This document shows, one piece after another, positions 6,914 through 15,683 of a stretch of 32,000 nucleotides of DNA. The position numbers and the translations under genes are program-made. The stretch is from Phycisphaera mikurensis NBRC 102666 (GTDB lineage: Bacteria > Planctomycetota > Phycisphaerae > Phycisphaerales > Phycisphaeraceae): positions 270,001 through 302,000 of the forward strand of contig NC_017080.1 of the NCBI RefSeq assembly GCF_000284115.1. The letters are read 5' to 3'. The stretch's first letter is position 1. Each line of letters opens with the position of its first letter. The notes under the pieces were generated by a model. The model did not search any database. It worked only from the letters and a program-made list of their open reading frames with translations, and was not told where the DNA came from.

Positions 6914-9829
6914 TTACTTGTGTCCCTTGCTTGGGGAACGCTCAGCTGGACGTAGCGGCAGCCGCTCCTCCTCCTCGAGCGTCATGCGACCGCTGCCGCC
7001 GCGGTGTGTGCTCCAGGCGAGCGATCCGTCGGATTCGAGCGTGATCTGCACCATCCCGACCGCCGCGGACGCGAGACGGACACGCGGATTCTCCTCCAGA
7101 ATCGCACGCCACTTGTCGCGTTCGAGCCGGCGTCGTCCGGTGCTCTGCAGCAGGATTGCGGGGTCGGCGGCGGCGAGCCAGTCGGGGCTGGCGCGGACGA
7201 CGCTGCCGTGGTGGGGCAGATCCGCCAGAGTCGACCGCAGCGGCGCTCCCGCGGCGAGTAACGCGGTGATGGCGTGCTGCTGGATGTCGCCTGAGAGCAG
7301 GATCGACCGGGCGGGGCGCTCGGTTTGCATCTCGGCGGGCAGTTCCACCCGGAGCACGATCGAGTGGTCGTTGGAGTTGCGCGCATCCGCGAGCGTGAGG
7401 CCGGGCGGGGGCCAGAGGACACGGCAGGCGGCGCCGATCGTGCCGATTCGCCAGGTTCCCCCGGCCGTCACCTCCCCGAGCGGGATCCGGCGGGCGGCGA
7501 GCCCGTCGAGCAGGACGGCGGCGGCTCCTGCCGGGAGGTCCCGCGCCTCGTTTGTGACCTCCGGCGAGCAGAGCACTCGGCCGATCGGCAGTGCATCGGC
7601 AAGCTCCAGCACACCGGAGAAGTGATCCAGATCGGCGTGGCTGATGACCAGGGTGTCGATGCGGCGGACGCCGAGCGCCCGCAGCGCCGGAGCCACCTCG
7701 CGCTCGCCGACCTGCGCGATCGTGCTGGACCCGCAGTCGAACATCAACGTTCCGCCACCGCTCTCGACGAGCCACGCGGACCCGTCGCCGACGGCAAGCA
7801 TCGTCAGCCGCAAGTCCGGCGGCGAGTCAAATCGTTCCTGAACGCCCTGCGTCACCGCGAGCGACCCGGCGAGCAGCAACGCCGCAGCGACCAGGAGTCG
7901 GGGCCGCGGGCGGCCACTGCCCACACCGTGGAGCAGAGCGATCACGAAGAGCAGGGCGGCGAGAGTCCACAGCAGAGGAACAGGTCGCGCCGGAACCCAC
8001 GCAACGCCGGGCAGCGACGCGGCGAGCCGGACCAGCGAGGCGCTGAACGCGAGCGCGACCGACAGCGGTCCCGCCAGCAGCGAAGAGGCCTCCGGCCAGA
8101 GCATCCCGATCGCGAGCTTCAGGTGCCCGAGACCCAACACGAAGCCGAACAGCGGCCAGGAGAGAACGGAGCCCGGCACGGCGAGCGGCGAGAAGATGCC
8201 GAAGTGGTGGAGCACGAGCGGCGCGGTCGCGGCGGCGGCGGCGAGGCTGACCCCGATGATCTCGAAGAAGCCGCGCTGCACGGCGCCCGCGGGGGTGCGG
8301 CCGGTGGCCGCGTCGGTGACCAGCGGCGGGGGGTGCAATCGCTCGGCGATGGGCTTCGCGAAGCGGACGATCGCCCAAACCGCGAGGAAGGACAGCTGGA
8401 ACCCCGGCGCGAAGAGGTCGTGCGGCCGCCAGGCGAGAACAGCGAGCGCGGCGATCGTCAGGGCGCGGCCGGCTGGGAGGCGACGCCCGAAGACGGAAGG
8501 CCCCAGGAAGCAAGCCGCCATCAGCGCCGCCCGGAGCACGGGCACGCGGACCGGCACGAGCAAGAGGTAGAAGGCGACCGCGGCGAGCACCGCGAGCGTG
8601 GCGGTCCGGGGGTGCACGGGCAGGCCGCGGCAGACGCCGACCATCAGGAGCACGAGCACGCCGAGGTGAGCACCGCTGATGGAGAGCAGGTGCGAGAGGC
8701 CGACCACGCGGAAGTCTTCGCGCAGGTCGTCGAGCACCACGTCCGCCCGGCCAAGCAGCAACGAGCCCAGCAGCGCGGCCGGTCCGGATCCCGATTCGAA
8801 GCCGCGTTCGAGCCCGTTCCAGGCGCGGGTGCGCAGCGCCTGCCGCAGGAGCGCGGCGTCCCGGGCGAGGTTCTCCTCGGCGAGGCGCACCTCCACGCCC
8901 GTGGCCTTGCGGACGGTGAGGCGACCCGCGATCCCAGCCCGCTCCATCGCGGCGGCAAAATCGTATGAGCCCGGATTCTCCGCAGGCGTAAACGCCTGCA
9001 GCTTGCCGGTGACCCGCACCCGCTGGCCTTCTGCCAGCAGCGGAGCCGGCCGGTTGACCTTGAGCAGGACCGTGCCCCGGGCGGGGATCATCCCGCCGGC
9101 CGCTGCGTCGAAGCGGCCGGAGACCTCGAGGCGTCCGAGGGTGCGTGGCCGGCGGTAGTTGAAGGCAGCGAACGCGCCGCGGTCGGCCGCTTTGATCTTC
9201 ACTGTGCCGACGAGCCTGCCCTCCAGCACCACCGGCACCGCGACGGGTCCGACCAGGCGCGCGACGTCGTCGCGAGCCAGCCGCTCGGCCGCGACCGAGG
9301 ACCACGCGGCGTAGCCGAGCAACAGCGCGAGCAGCGGGAGGGCCGCTGCGCCCCGGGTGCCGCGGACCGCCGGCGTTCGTGGTTCTGCTGCCACGCGATC
9401 CGCGTGGAAGCGCCGCACGGCGAGCGTCGCCAGGAGCCCGGCGGCGGCGGCGGCGAGCACGACGAGCACCGCCGGCCGCCACGCCTCGGCCGTCACCCAT
9501 CGCAGCTGCGCGAGGCCGTGTGCGACCAGCACCCCGCCGATGGCGGCGGGTGCGGCCAGCCGCCACGCCCACCCATCCGCCGTCGGCGCGGTCGCGTCGC
9601 CCGAAGCCTCGGACGGATCCCCCGGGGCCGATGGCCGGCTCACCCGCTCCGCTCCAGAGGACCTCGTCCGCCCGCGCGACGCAACGCAAAGGCCGACGCC
9701 GAAGCCGCACGATGGCGCAGCCGCCTCGAGCGAGCGGGCGGCCCTGCGGGCACCACCGACCTCCGGGAGCGGCCGGAGGATCCCGCGGAAGCGGGTGGCG
9801 GTTCGACCGCGGGCGGGGCTCCGCCACAC
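6914..9829 (-). CDS. comEC: DNA internalization-related competence protein ComEC/Rec2 (competence domain plus metallo-beta-lactamase domain)
   Basis: ORF 6914..9829(-), 971 aa. The competence-domain core is GLSHLLSISGAHLGVLVLL with many TM helices. The C-terminal MBL fold has LVISHADLDHFSG, LSGDIQ and DLPHHGS. The start is uncertain: GTG at 9829 or an in-frame GTG at 9643. Confidence 0.85.
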   Translation of the reverse strand: MWRSPARGRTATRFRGILRPLPEVGGARRAARSLEAAAPSCGFGVGLCVASRGRTRSSGAERVSRPSAPGDPSEASGDATAPTADGWAWRLAAPAAIGGVLVAHGLAQLRWVTAEAWRPAVLVVLAAAAAGLLATLAVRRFHADRVAAEPRTPAVRGTRGAAALPLLALLLGYAAWSSVAAERLARDDVARLVGPVAVPVVLEGRLVGTVKIKAADRGAFAAFNYRRPRTLGRLEVSGRFDAAAGGMIPARGTVLLKVNRPAPLLAEGQRVRVTGKLQAFTPAENPGSYDFAAAMERAGIAGRLTVRKATGVEVRLAEENLARDAALLRQALRTRAWNGLERGFESGSGPAALLGSLLLGRADVVLDDLREDFRVVGLSHLLSISGAHLGVLVLLMVGVCRGLPVHPRTATLAVLAAVAFYLLLVPVRVPVLRAALMAACFLGPSVFGRRLPAGRALTIAALAVLAWRPHDLFAPGFQLSFLAVWAIVRFAKPIAERLHPPPLVTDAATGRTPAGAVQRGFFEIIGVSLAAAAATAPLVLHHFGIFSPLAVPGSVLSWPLFGFVLGLGHLKLAIGMLWPEASSLLAGPLSVALAFSASLVRLAASLPGVAWVPARPVPLLWTLAALLFVIALLHGVGSGRPRPRLLVAAALLLAGSLAVTQGVQERFDSPPDLRLTMLAVGDGSAWLVESGGGTLMFDCGSSTIAQVGEREVAPALRALGVRRIDTLVISHADLDHFSGVLELADALPIGRVLCSPEVTNEARDLPAGAAAVLLDGLAARRIPLGEVTAGGTWRIGTIGAACRVLWPPPGLTLADARNSNDHSIVLRVELPAEMQTERPARSILLSGDIQQHAITALLAAGAPLRSTLADLPHHGSVVRASPDWLAAADPAILLQSTGRRRLERDKWRAILEENPRVRLASAAVGMVQITLESDGSLAWSTHRGGSGRMTLEEEERLPLRPAERSPSKGHK

Positions 9830-9936
9830 CGGGCGAGATTCGGAAGATGCATGCCGGACTCAGGGGCGGGTCGAAGCTCCCAACCTACGCCCGGCACGCC
9901 TCGGGCCAAACGCCGCCGTTGCGACCGCCGCCGGGA

Positions 9937-12315
9937 TCAGCCCGCCACGCGCGGTGCGGGCAACGCCGCCTCGAGGCACGCGAGCAGCGAAAGCAGCCAC
10001 GACAGCGTGGCGTCGGCGCCTTGGTTGGGATCGACGCCGCCGGGCAGCAGCCGGTCGCAGCAGCCGCCGGTGATCGGGTCGTAGAGCGGCTGCCTCAGGT
10101 CGTTGTCGCCCTGGAACCACTGCAGGCACCGCTCCGCACGCTCGAGGTACTTCGCGTCGCCGGTCACGCGGTGGGCCTCGAGGTTCGCCTCGACCGCGCC
10201 GGCGGCTTCCATGGGGAGCTGGTGGAACCGTGCTTTCTCCCCTCCACGCGGGTACCAACCCTCGGTGCCGATGGGCGCGAAGCGGCCGTCCTCTCCGGTC
10301 TGCACGCCGTTGAGCCAGTCCAGCGAGGCCAGCGCCTGCTGGATCATCCCGTCGTGGAACATCCACCGACCGGACAGCAGCAGAGCGTGCGGGAGGCGGG
10401 CGGCGGTGTAGGTCAGCTCGTCGTTGGGCCACGGCCACTCGGGGGTGCCGTTGGTGACGAAGGCACCAAACAGGCGGTGGGCGAGGTCCTCCCGCAGCTG
10501 GCGCGCGTGGGTGTCGCCGCCGAACCGGCGGAGGTAAGCGTGCACGCCGATGAGCGCGTAGGCCCAGCCGTGCGGGTGCTCGAAGCGGCCGCACCCGCCC
10601 AACGCCGCGTGGAACAGCTGGGCGGCCAGCGCGCGGTGCCCGGGCTGGTGGCTGCGGGCCACGCACTCGCCGAGCGCGTGGATCGCCTTGCCGTGAGCGT
10701 CCTCGCTGGTCGCACGCCCGAGGTCCCGCGGATCGCCGGAGTCCCGCAGGCGCCAAGCGCGGTCGTAGGTCAGCGACTCGGTGAAGCGGCCGGTGGTTGC
10801 GTCGAACGAGTGGTCGATGAAGGAGAGGTACGTGCTCGCCAGCTCGTCGAGCCGCTCGTCGAAGCGGCCGCTCGCTTCGATGTGATCCTGCGCCGTGAGC
10901 ACGGCGATGAGGGCCCGGGCGTTGTCGTCCACGCGGTAGCCGCCGCGTCGATCGGGCACGCTGTGGCGGGCGTGGACGAGCATGCCGGCGGAGTCGGTCA
11001 GCCGGCGCAGGTGATCGAGCTTGACCGGCGGCAGTTCGTCGCGCGTCACCCCGCCGGCGAGCCGCTCGGCCGCGGCCCGGGCGGCGCGCGTGCCGCCGCC
11101 GGCCCCCGCGAGCGGGCGGGGATGCGCCCGACGCTCGCTTTCGACCTGTCGGCAGACCTCGAGGTACTGCTCGGCCACCCGGCCCCAGGTCATCGGACGG
11201 GTGTGCTTGTAAGCGGCCTTCCGCATGGCGTGGCGGTGGGTGTCGTGGTCGAAGAGCTTGTTGATCGCGTTCGACAAGGCGGCCGGATCCGAGAAGGGCA
11301 CCAGCTCCCCGCGGCCGTCGGCGAGCAGCTCCTGCGCGTGCCAGTACGGCGTCGAGATCGTCGCCTTGCCGGCCCCGAGGGCGTACGCCAGCGTGCCCGA
11401 GGTGATCTGCGCCTCGTTGAGGTACGGGGTCACGTAGAGGTCGGCGGAACCGAGGAACTCCATGAGCTCGTCGGTCTCGACGAACTTGTTGAACCACTTG
11501 ACGTGCTTGTCCACGCCCAGCTTCCGAGCTTGGCTCTGCAGGCCGCTGCGGTAGTCCTCGCCGGAGTGAGCGAGGATCCCCGGGTGCGTGGCGCCGAGGA
11601 CGACGTAGACGACGTCGGGGTGCTTCTTCACGACCGCGGGCAGGGCGTCGATCATCGCCTCCAGCCCCTTCCCCGGAGAGAGGAGACCGAAGGTCAGGAT
11701 CACCCGCTTGCCCTCGACCCCGAATTGATCTTTGTAGAAAGCCGGATCGACGAAGGGAACCTCGTGGATGCCGTGGGGGATCAGAGCGATCTTCTCCCGC
11801 GGAACGTTGTAGATCTCCGTGAGGAACGCGTAGGCCCGGTCGGCCATCACCACGACTTTGTCGCAGAGTTGCGCCAGCTCGGCCAGCACCTCCTTCTGGC
11901 GGACGCTCGGATCTTTGAGCACGGTGTGGAGCGTCGCCACCGCGGGCATCCGGAGGCGGCGAAGCAGCTCCAGGACGTGCGCGCCGTGGTCGCCGCCGTA
12001 GATCCCGTACTCGTGCTGAACCGACAGCACGCCGCCGGGTCCCATGTTCAGGAAGTCGGCCGCGAGCCGGTACTCCGCAAGCCGCTTCTCGTTGATCTCG
12101 AAAGCCACCCGGGGCCCATAGCGGTAACCCTCGGGCCGATCGTTCATCGCGATGGCTTGCACCCGATCCGGGCCGCCACGGCGGTGTTCCCGCTCCCGCT
12201 GGACCCGCGTCGCCAGCGCTTCCGCGAGGTCGCGGCTGAAGGTGGCGATGCCGCACCGCCGCGGCGGGTAGCTGCCGAGGACGGTGACAGGGCCTGAGGA
12301 GGACGTTTCTGCCAT
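9937..12315 (-). CDS. GT4 (group 1) glycosyltransferase fused to a large C-terminal helical domain, possibly six-hairpin glycosidase-like
   Basis: This is the 3' part of ORF 9937..12630(-), starting at ATG 12315..12313 (MAETSSSGPVTVLGSYPPRRCGIATFSRDL); 792 aa. The N-terminal GT-B/GT4 half includes LSPGKGLEAMIDA and YLNEAQITSGTLAYALGAGKATISTP. The C-terminal ~350 aa has repeated helix-pair motifs (DDNARALIAVL, HGWAYALIGVHAYL, YTAARLPHALLLSG, NQGADATLSWLLSLLA). Confidence 0.8.
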   Translation of the reverse strand: MAETSSSGPVTVLGSYPPRRCGIATFSRDLAEALATRVQREREHRRGGPDRVQAIAMNDRPEGYRYGPRVAFEINEKRLAEYRLAADFLNMGPGGVLSVQHEYGIYGGDHGAHVLELLRRLRMPAVATLHTVLKDPSVRQKEVLAELAQLCDKVVVMADRAYAFLTEIYNVPREKIALIPHGIHEVPFVDPAFYKDQFGVEGKRVILTFGLLSPGKGLEAMIDALPAVVKKHPDVVYVVLGATHPGILAHSGEDYRSGLQSQARKLGVDKHVKWFNKFVETDELMEFLGSADLYVTPYLNEAQITSGTLAYALGAGKATISTPYWHAQELLADGRGELVPFSDPAALSNAINKLFDHDTHRHAMRKAAYKHTRPMTWGRVAEQYLEVCRQVESERRAHPRPLAGAGGGTRAARAAAERLAGGVTRDELPPVKLDHLRRLTDSAGMLVHARHSVPDRRGGYRVDDNARALIAVLTAQDHIEASGRFDERLDELASTYLSFIDHSFDATTGRFTESLTYDRAWRLRDSGDPRDLGRATSEDAHGKAIHALGECVARSHQPGHRALAAQLFHAALGGCGRFEHPHGWAYALIGVHAYLRRFGGDTHARQLREDLAHRLFGAFVTNGTPEWPWPNDELTYTAARLPHALLLSGRWMFHDGMIQQALASLDWLNGVQTGEDGRFAPIGTEGWYPRGGEKARFHQLPMEAAGAVEANLEAHRVTGDAKYLERAERCLQWFQGDNDLRQPLYDPITGGCCDRLLPGGVDPNQGADATLSWLLSLLACLEAALPAPRVAG

Positions 12316-12504
12316 GGGCGGGGAGGCTAGACGCCCACCGGGCGGCGGCGTGAGCACGACCCCCCGGCCCGCGGCACGCCATGGCCGAGTGCGGCAAACC
12401 CGTCCTTGAAGCCCGCCCGTCCGCTGCCCGCAGGACCTCCACGGCCGCGGGAGGGCAAGGGGGAACGACCGTTCACTGGGAACGGCACCGGACGCACCGC
12501 GTTT

Positions 12505-12681
12505 CAAGCGGCCAAGCCCCTTGAGAGCACGTGAAGGCTTCTCGAGGGGACAGGCCCCTTGAAAGGTGCCACGGCGTGCGGCCGGGCCATCGGGGTGAGC
12601 GCAGGCCTCCTTTCGGGGCGACTCTTTCAAGGGGACAGGCCCCTTCTTTCAAGGGGACAGGCCCCTTGAGAAGGCCGCTTG
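12505..12681. repeat. composite REP-like element (three hairpins bracketed by a 9-nt inverted repeat)
   Basis: The outer inverted repeat is CAAGCGGCC (12505-12513) and GGCCGCTTG (12673-12681). A direct repeat CCCCTTGAGA lies at 12517-12526 and 12662-12671. The hairpins are CGAGGGGACAGGCCCCTTG (12543-12561), CAAGGGGACAGGCCCCTT (12628-12645) and CAAGGGGACAGGCCCCTTG (12650-12668). It sits in the 510-bp gap between the hydrolase stop and the fused-GT4 start. Confidence 0.8.
12624..12667. repeat. exact 22-bp tandem duplication (CTTTCAAGGGGACAGGCCCCTT x2)
   Basis: Positions 12624-12645 and 12646-12667 are identical when read base by base. Each unit carries one hairpin with a 7-nt GGGG/CCCC stem and an ACAGG loop. 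Confidence 0.9.
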
Positions 12682-12825
12682 GGCTTAGGGAATGGCCCCA
12701 GAAGTTCCTGCGAGGTCGATCTTTGGCGAGGGGGCCGGCCTCCTGGAGAAGCCTTGGGGGCTTCGGTGGGCCGAGCGGTGGCGGTGGTCGGGTCGCGGGG
12801 GGCCGCACGCTGCCGTCGGCTTGTT

Positions 12826-14688
12826 TCAGCGGGGGAGGGTCGTCTCCAGCACGGCGGCGGCGACGTGGCCGCCGCTGTCGGGGAAGACGAGTCGGACGTG
12901 GGTCGTGTCGCGGAGGAGGCCGCTCGGGACGTCGACCGGGATCATGCCGTAGAAGGTGGGTCGCCCGGCCTGGTCGCCGCCCATCCAGTCCTCGGGGAAG
13001 GGCACGCGCTCGCCGTTGACGCTGAGCTCGGGCGACAGGCTCAAGGCGGGGTCGCGGGCGATCGAGAGGCGGAGGCGGGCGTTGCCTCCGGGGCCGGTGG
13101 GTGTGCCCTGGAAGGTGAAGCCGACGGGCTCCCCCGCGGCGATCGGTTGGAGGTAATCGGTCGCGTAGGTCCGCCTCCGCTGGAGGGTGGCCTCGACCGC
13201 GAGATCGACGCGGCTGTCGATCGTCAGGAGGGCGCTGCCGCCGACGGCCAAGTCGATCGCGGCCGGGACCGCCGGGAGGGCCCGCTCGGTCAGCTGCGGG
13301 AAGCCGCCGTCGGTGGTGAGGCTGCGGAGGGTGACCCTCCCGACGTCGAGGCCGTCGAGGCCTCGCAACGCCACGGCGTGGGCCGCGTCGTCCAGGTTCG
13401 TGAGGACCAGGCTCAAGCGCCGGCCGTCGGCGAGCACGTGAACGCGGACGTCGGGGTCGGTGGAGCTGTGCGAGCGCCAGTCGCCCTCCACGCCTTTCCA
13501 GAAGCGGTAGAAGTGCTCGAGACCCGTGGGCACGTGGTGGTCCGCGCCGCCGTTGCGGCGGAACAGCAGGTAGTCGTAGGGCTCTTCCTCCGTGTTGTCG
13601 CCGAGGCCGTAGGTCCAGTCGCCGACGCCGAGGATGAAGGGGATCGCCTTGAGGATCCGGTCGGGATGATCCATGAAGGTGTGGTTCATCCCGATCATCG
13701 ACCGGAGGATCAGCGCCTCGCGGCGGCCGCGCTCGGGCCAGGCGCGGCCGTTCCGGCTGAAGAGGATGCGCCCGTACTCGGTGATCGTCTGCGGCTTCGC
13801 CACGCCGAAGCGGAGGTGGCTGTACTGGTCGATCAGGTCGAGGATGGCCTCGGTGTTGCTGCCGGTCCGCTCGGTGTGCGTGCCCTCGATGTTGATGCCG
13901 TCGTAGAGGTGCGTGGAGAAGAAGTCCATCTCCGCGCCGGCGACGTCCATGAACATCTTCTGGTTGGCGTGCCACTGCCCGAAGCCGGCGGCCTCGACTT
14001 CGGCCCAGGCAGCCGAGTAGCCACCCACGAGCACGCCGGGCGTCCTCTCGCGGATGGCGCGGGCGGTGACGACGTGCTGCTCGGCCATCTGCCGCCGCGT
14101 GGTGCCGATCTCCGCCGCGTGCACGAAGGGCTCGTTGAAGACCTCGTACAGCCTCGGCCGGTCCGCGTCGGTGTAGAACTCGGCGAGGAAGGTGCTGACC
14201 CAGGCGGCGGCGGCTTCGGGCGTGCGCGGGCCCCAGGCGGTGAAGTCGTTGCCGGGGATGCCCACCATGAACTGCGGGTGCGTGCAGAGCACGACGTCTC
14301 GCATCAGCTCGGGGTCGTGCCGCGGGTTCGCCGCGGCCTCGGCACGGGCCCGGCGTCCCGCTTCGGCGAGCGCGGCGAGGTCGGGCATGCCGGCGTGGTC
14401 CGGGTCGGCGGGGGTGCGGCCCATCCGCCAGGTCTGCACGCCGCCGTCGCGGCCCCAGGCGACGCCGAGCTCCTCGGTCAGGTAGCGGAACTGCTCATCG
14501 GAGGTGTCCGGGTCGGTGGGCGAGCCGTGCAGCGTGATGAACTGCGTGCGGTCGAACGCGGTCACGCCGCCGATGGACAGGGCGGTCCGCGGGTGGACGG
14601 TCACGGTGGCGGTCTGGGCGGTCGCCGAGCACGGGGCCGCCGCGAGCGTGGCGGCGGCGGCGAGGGCGTGGATCTTCGGGAGGCGCAT
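12826..14688 (-). CDS. secreted glycoside hydrolase, clan GH-A-like (beta/alpha)8 catalytic domain plus C-terminal beta-sandwich-like region; family not assignable by eye
   Basis: This is the 3' part of ORF 12826..16155(-), starting at ATG 14688..14686; 620 aa. The signal peptide is MRLPKIHALAAAATLAAAPCSATAQT. The candidate acid/base is YEVFNEP and the candidate nucleophile is QTITEYG, about 118 aa later. The spacing is GH39/GH50-like, which is inference only. Confidence 0.7.
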   Translation of the reverse strand: MRLPKIHALAAAATLAAAPCSATAQTATVTVHPRTALSIGGVTAFDRTQFITLHGSPTDPDTSDEQFRYLTEELGVAWGRDGGVQTWRMGRTPADPDHAGMPDLAALAEAGRRARAEAAANPRHDPELMRDVVLCTHPQFMVGIPGNDFTAWGPRTPEAAAAWVSTFLAEFYTDADRPRLYEVFNEPFVHAAEIGTTRRQMAEQHVVTARAIRERTPGVLVGGYSAAWAEVEAAGFGQWHANQKMFMDVAGAEMDFFSTHLYDGINIEGTHTERTGSNTEAILDLIDQYSHLRFGVAKPQTITEYGRILFSRNGRAWPERGRREALILRSMIGMNHTFMDHPDRILKAIPFILGVGDWTYGLGDNTEEEPYDYLLFRRNGGADHHVPTGLEHFYRFWKGVEGDWRSHSSTDPDVRVHVLADGRRLSLVLTNLDDAAHAVALRGLDGLDVGRVTLRSLTTDGGFPQLTERALPAVPAAIDLAVGGSALLTIDSRVDLAVEATLQRRRTYATDYLQPIAAGEPVGFTFQGTPTGPGGNARLRLSIARDPALSLSPELSVNGERVPFPEDWMGGDQAGRPTFYGMIPVDVPSGLLRDTTHVRLVFPDSGGHVAAAVLETTLPR

Positions 14689-14729
14689 GTCGGTGGGGGC
14701 TGCGGGAGAGACACCAATATGGTTGACAA

Positions 14730-15569
14730 TCAGCCATCGCGTGCGGGCCCGAGGGCCTGCGCCAGGTCCACCCGTTCCAGCACGCCGAGGTCGGTCCGGC
14801 GGCTCGCGTTGAGCACCTCCCCGCCGGCGGCCTCGAAGGCCCGGCGGGCGGCGGTGAAGGCGGCGGCTTGCCGATCGAGGCGGGGGAACGTCCACGCCTC
14901 GCCCGCGGGGCGGTAATCGGCGGAGAAGTGGTTGCGTTCGCCCCCGCCGATCAGCTGCCGGCCGTGGAGGGTGGCCACCGCGTCCGCGTGCTTCCTGGGC
15001 GTGTGGAAGCGGAAGTCGACGCCGAGGAGGACCACGCGGCGGACGCCCATGAAGTACGCGGCCTGGAGCTGGTCGTGGAGCACGGTCGACCCGCCGTAGA
15101 CGCCGACCCGCAGGTCGGTGGAGAAGTACCCGCGGCGGCGCGCGGGGTCGGTGAGGGGGCGCGGGAGCTGCTTGAGCCAGACGGCGTCGACGCCGGGGAG
15201 GAAGCGCTGGCAGCAGTCGGCGAGCAGGGGGACGGCGCCGGGGTTGGCGGCGAGCAGCGCGGCGCCGTGCTGGCGGGCCACCTCCACGTCGGCGACGTGG
15301 AAGTACGTCGGCCTCCAGGGCGTGTGCGGGTAGATCAGGTGGATCTTGTTCGAAGCGAACGAGAGGCGTCCCGCGATCGCGGTGAGATCCGCGGCGGCGA
15401 GGCTGGGCCCGTTGCCGAGGAGGAAGGCGGTCTCGCCGGCGTGCCGGTCCCGGAGGCGCTCGACGGCCCGGTCGTTGGCGGTGAGCGGCGGGAGCCTCGC
15501 CGTCGCCAGGCGGCGCAGGCGTCCGGCGTGGCGTCCGGCGTAGGCGAGTGCTCGGGCGGCGGGGTGCAT
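14730..15569 (-). CDS. GNGPSL-motif protein (DUF115/MptE-like; motif order resembles CstII/GT42-type transferases)
   Basis: ORF 14730..15569(-), 279 aa. Motifs in order are FLLGNGPSL, SFASNKIHLIY and GGSTVLHDQLQAAYFMGVRRVVLLGVDF. I recall the same order in Campylobacter CstII (IAGNGPSL, FRCNQFYF, TSGVY...LGYKEIYLSGIDF). Confidence 0.55.
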   Translation of the reverse strand: MHPAARALAYAGRHAGRLRRLATARLPPLTANDRAVERLRDRHAGETAFLLGNGPSLAAADLTAIAGRLSFASNKIHLIYPHTPWRPTYFHVADVEVARQHGAALLAANPGAVPLLADCCQRFLPGVDAVWLKQLPRPLTDPARRRGYFSTDLRVGVYGGSTVLHDQLQAAYFMGVRRVVLLGVDFRFHTPRKHADAVATLHGRQLIGGGERNHFSADYRPAGEAWTFPRLDRQAAAFTAARRAFEAAGGEVLNASRRTDLGVLERVDLAQALGPARDG

Positions 15570-15683
15570 GCGGGGCGGCAGGAGAGCGTGGGCGGGCGGC
15601 GGTGTCGAATCCGGTGCCGCCGCCGCGGGGCCGGCCGAATTGCCGCGCCGCCGGAGCGGGGGCGTCGCCCGGGGCGGCGCCGG

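Noticed and set aside
12624-12668. Possible CRISPR array, because of directly repeated palindromic units
   Set aside because: There are only two abutting 22-bp units with no spacers between them, the units are too short for CRISPR repeats, and no cas genes are in the window. The pattern fits a REP/BIME-type element.
14689-14729. TTGACA hexamer (14718-14723) in the AT-richer spacer between the DUF115 and hydrolase genes as a -35 promoter element
   Set aside because: The hexamer is on the + strand, where there is no downstream gene. On the coding (minus) strand I found no properly spaced -35/-10 pair, so no promoter call can be supported from sequence alone.
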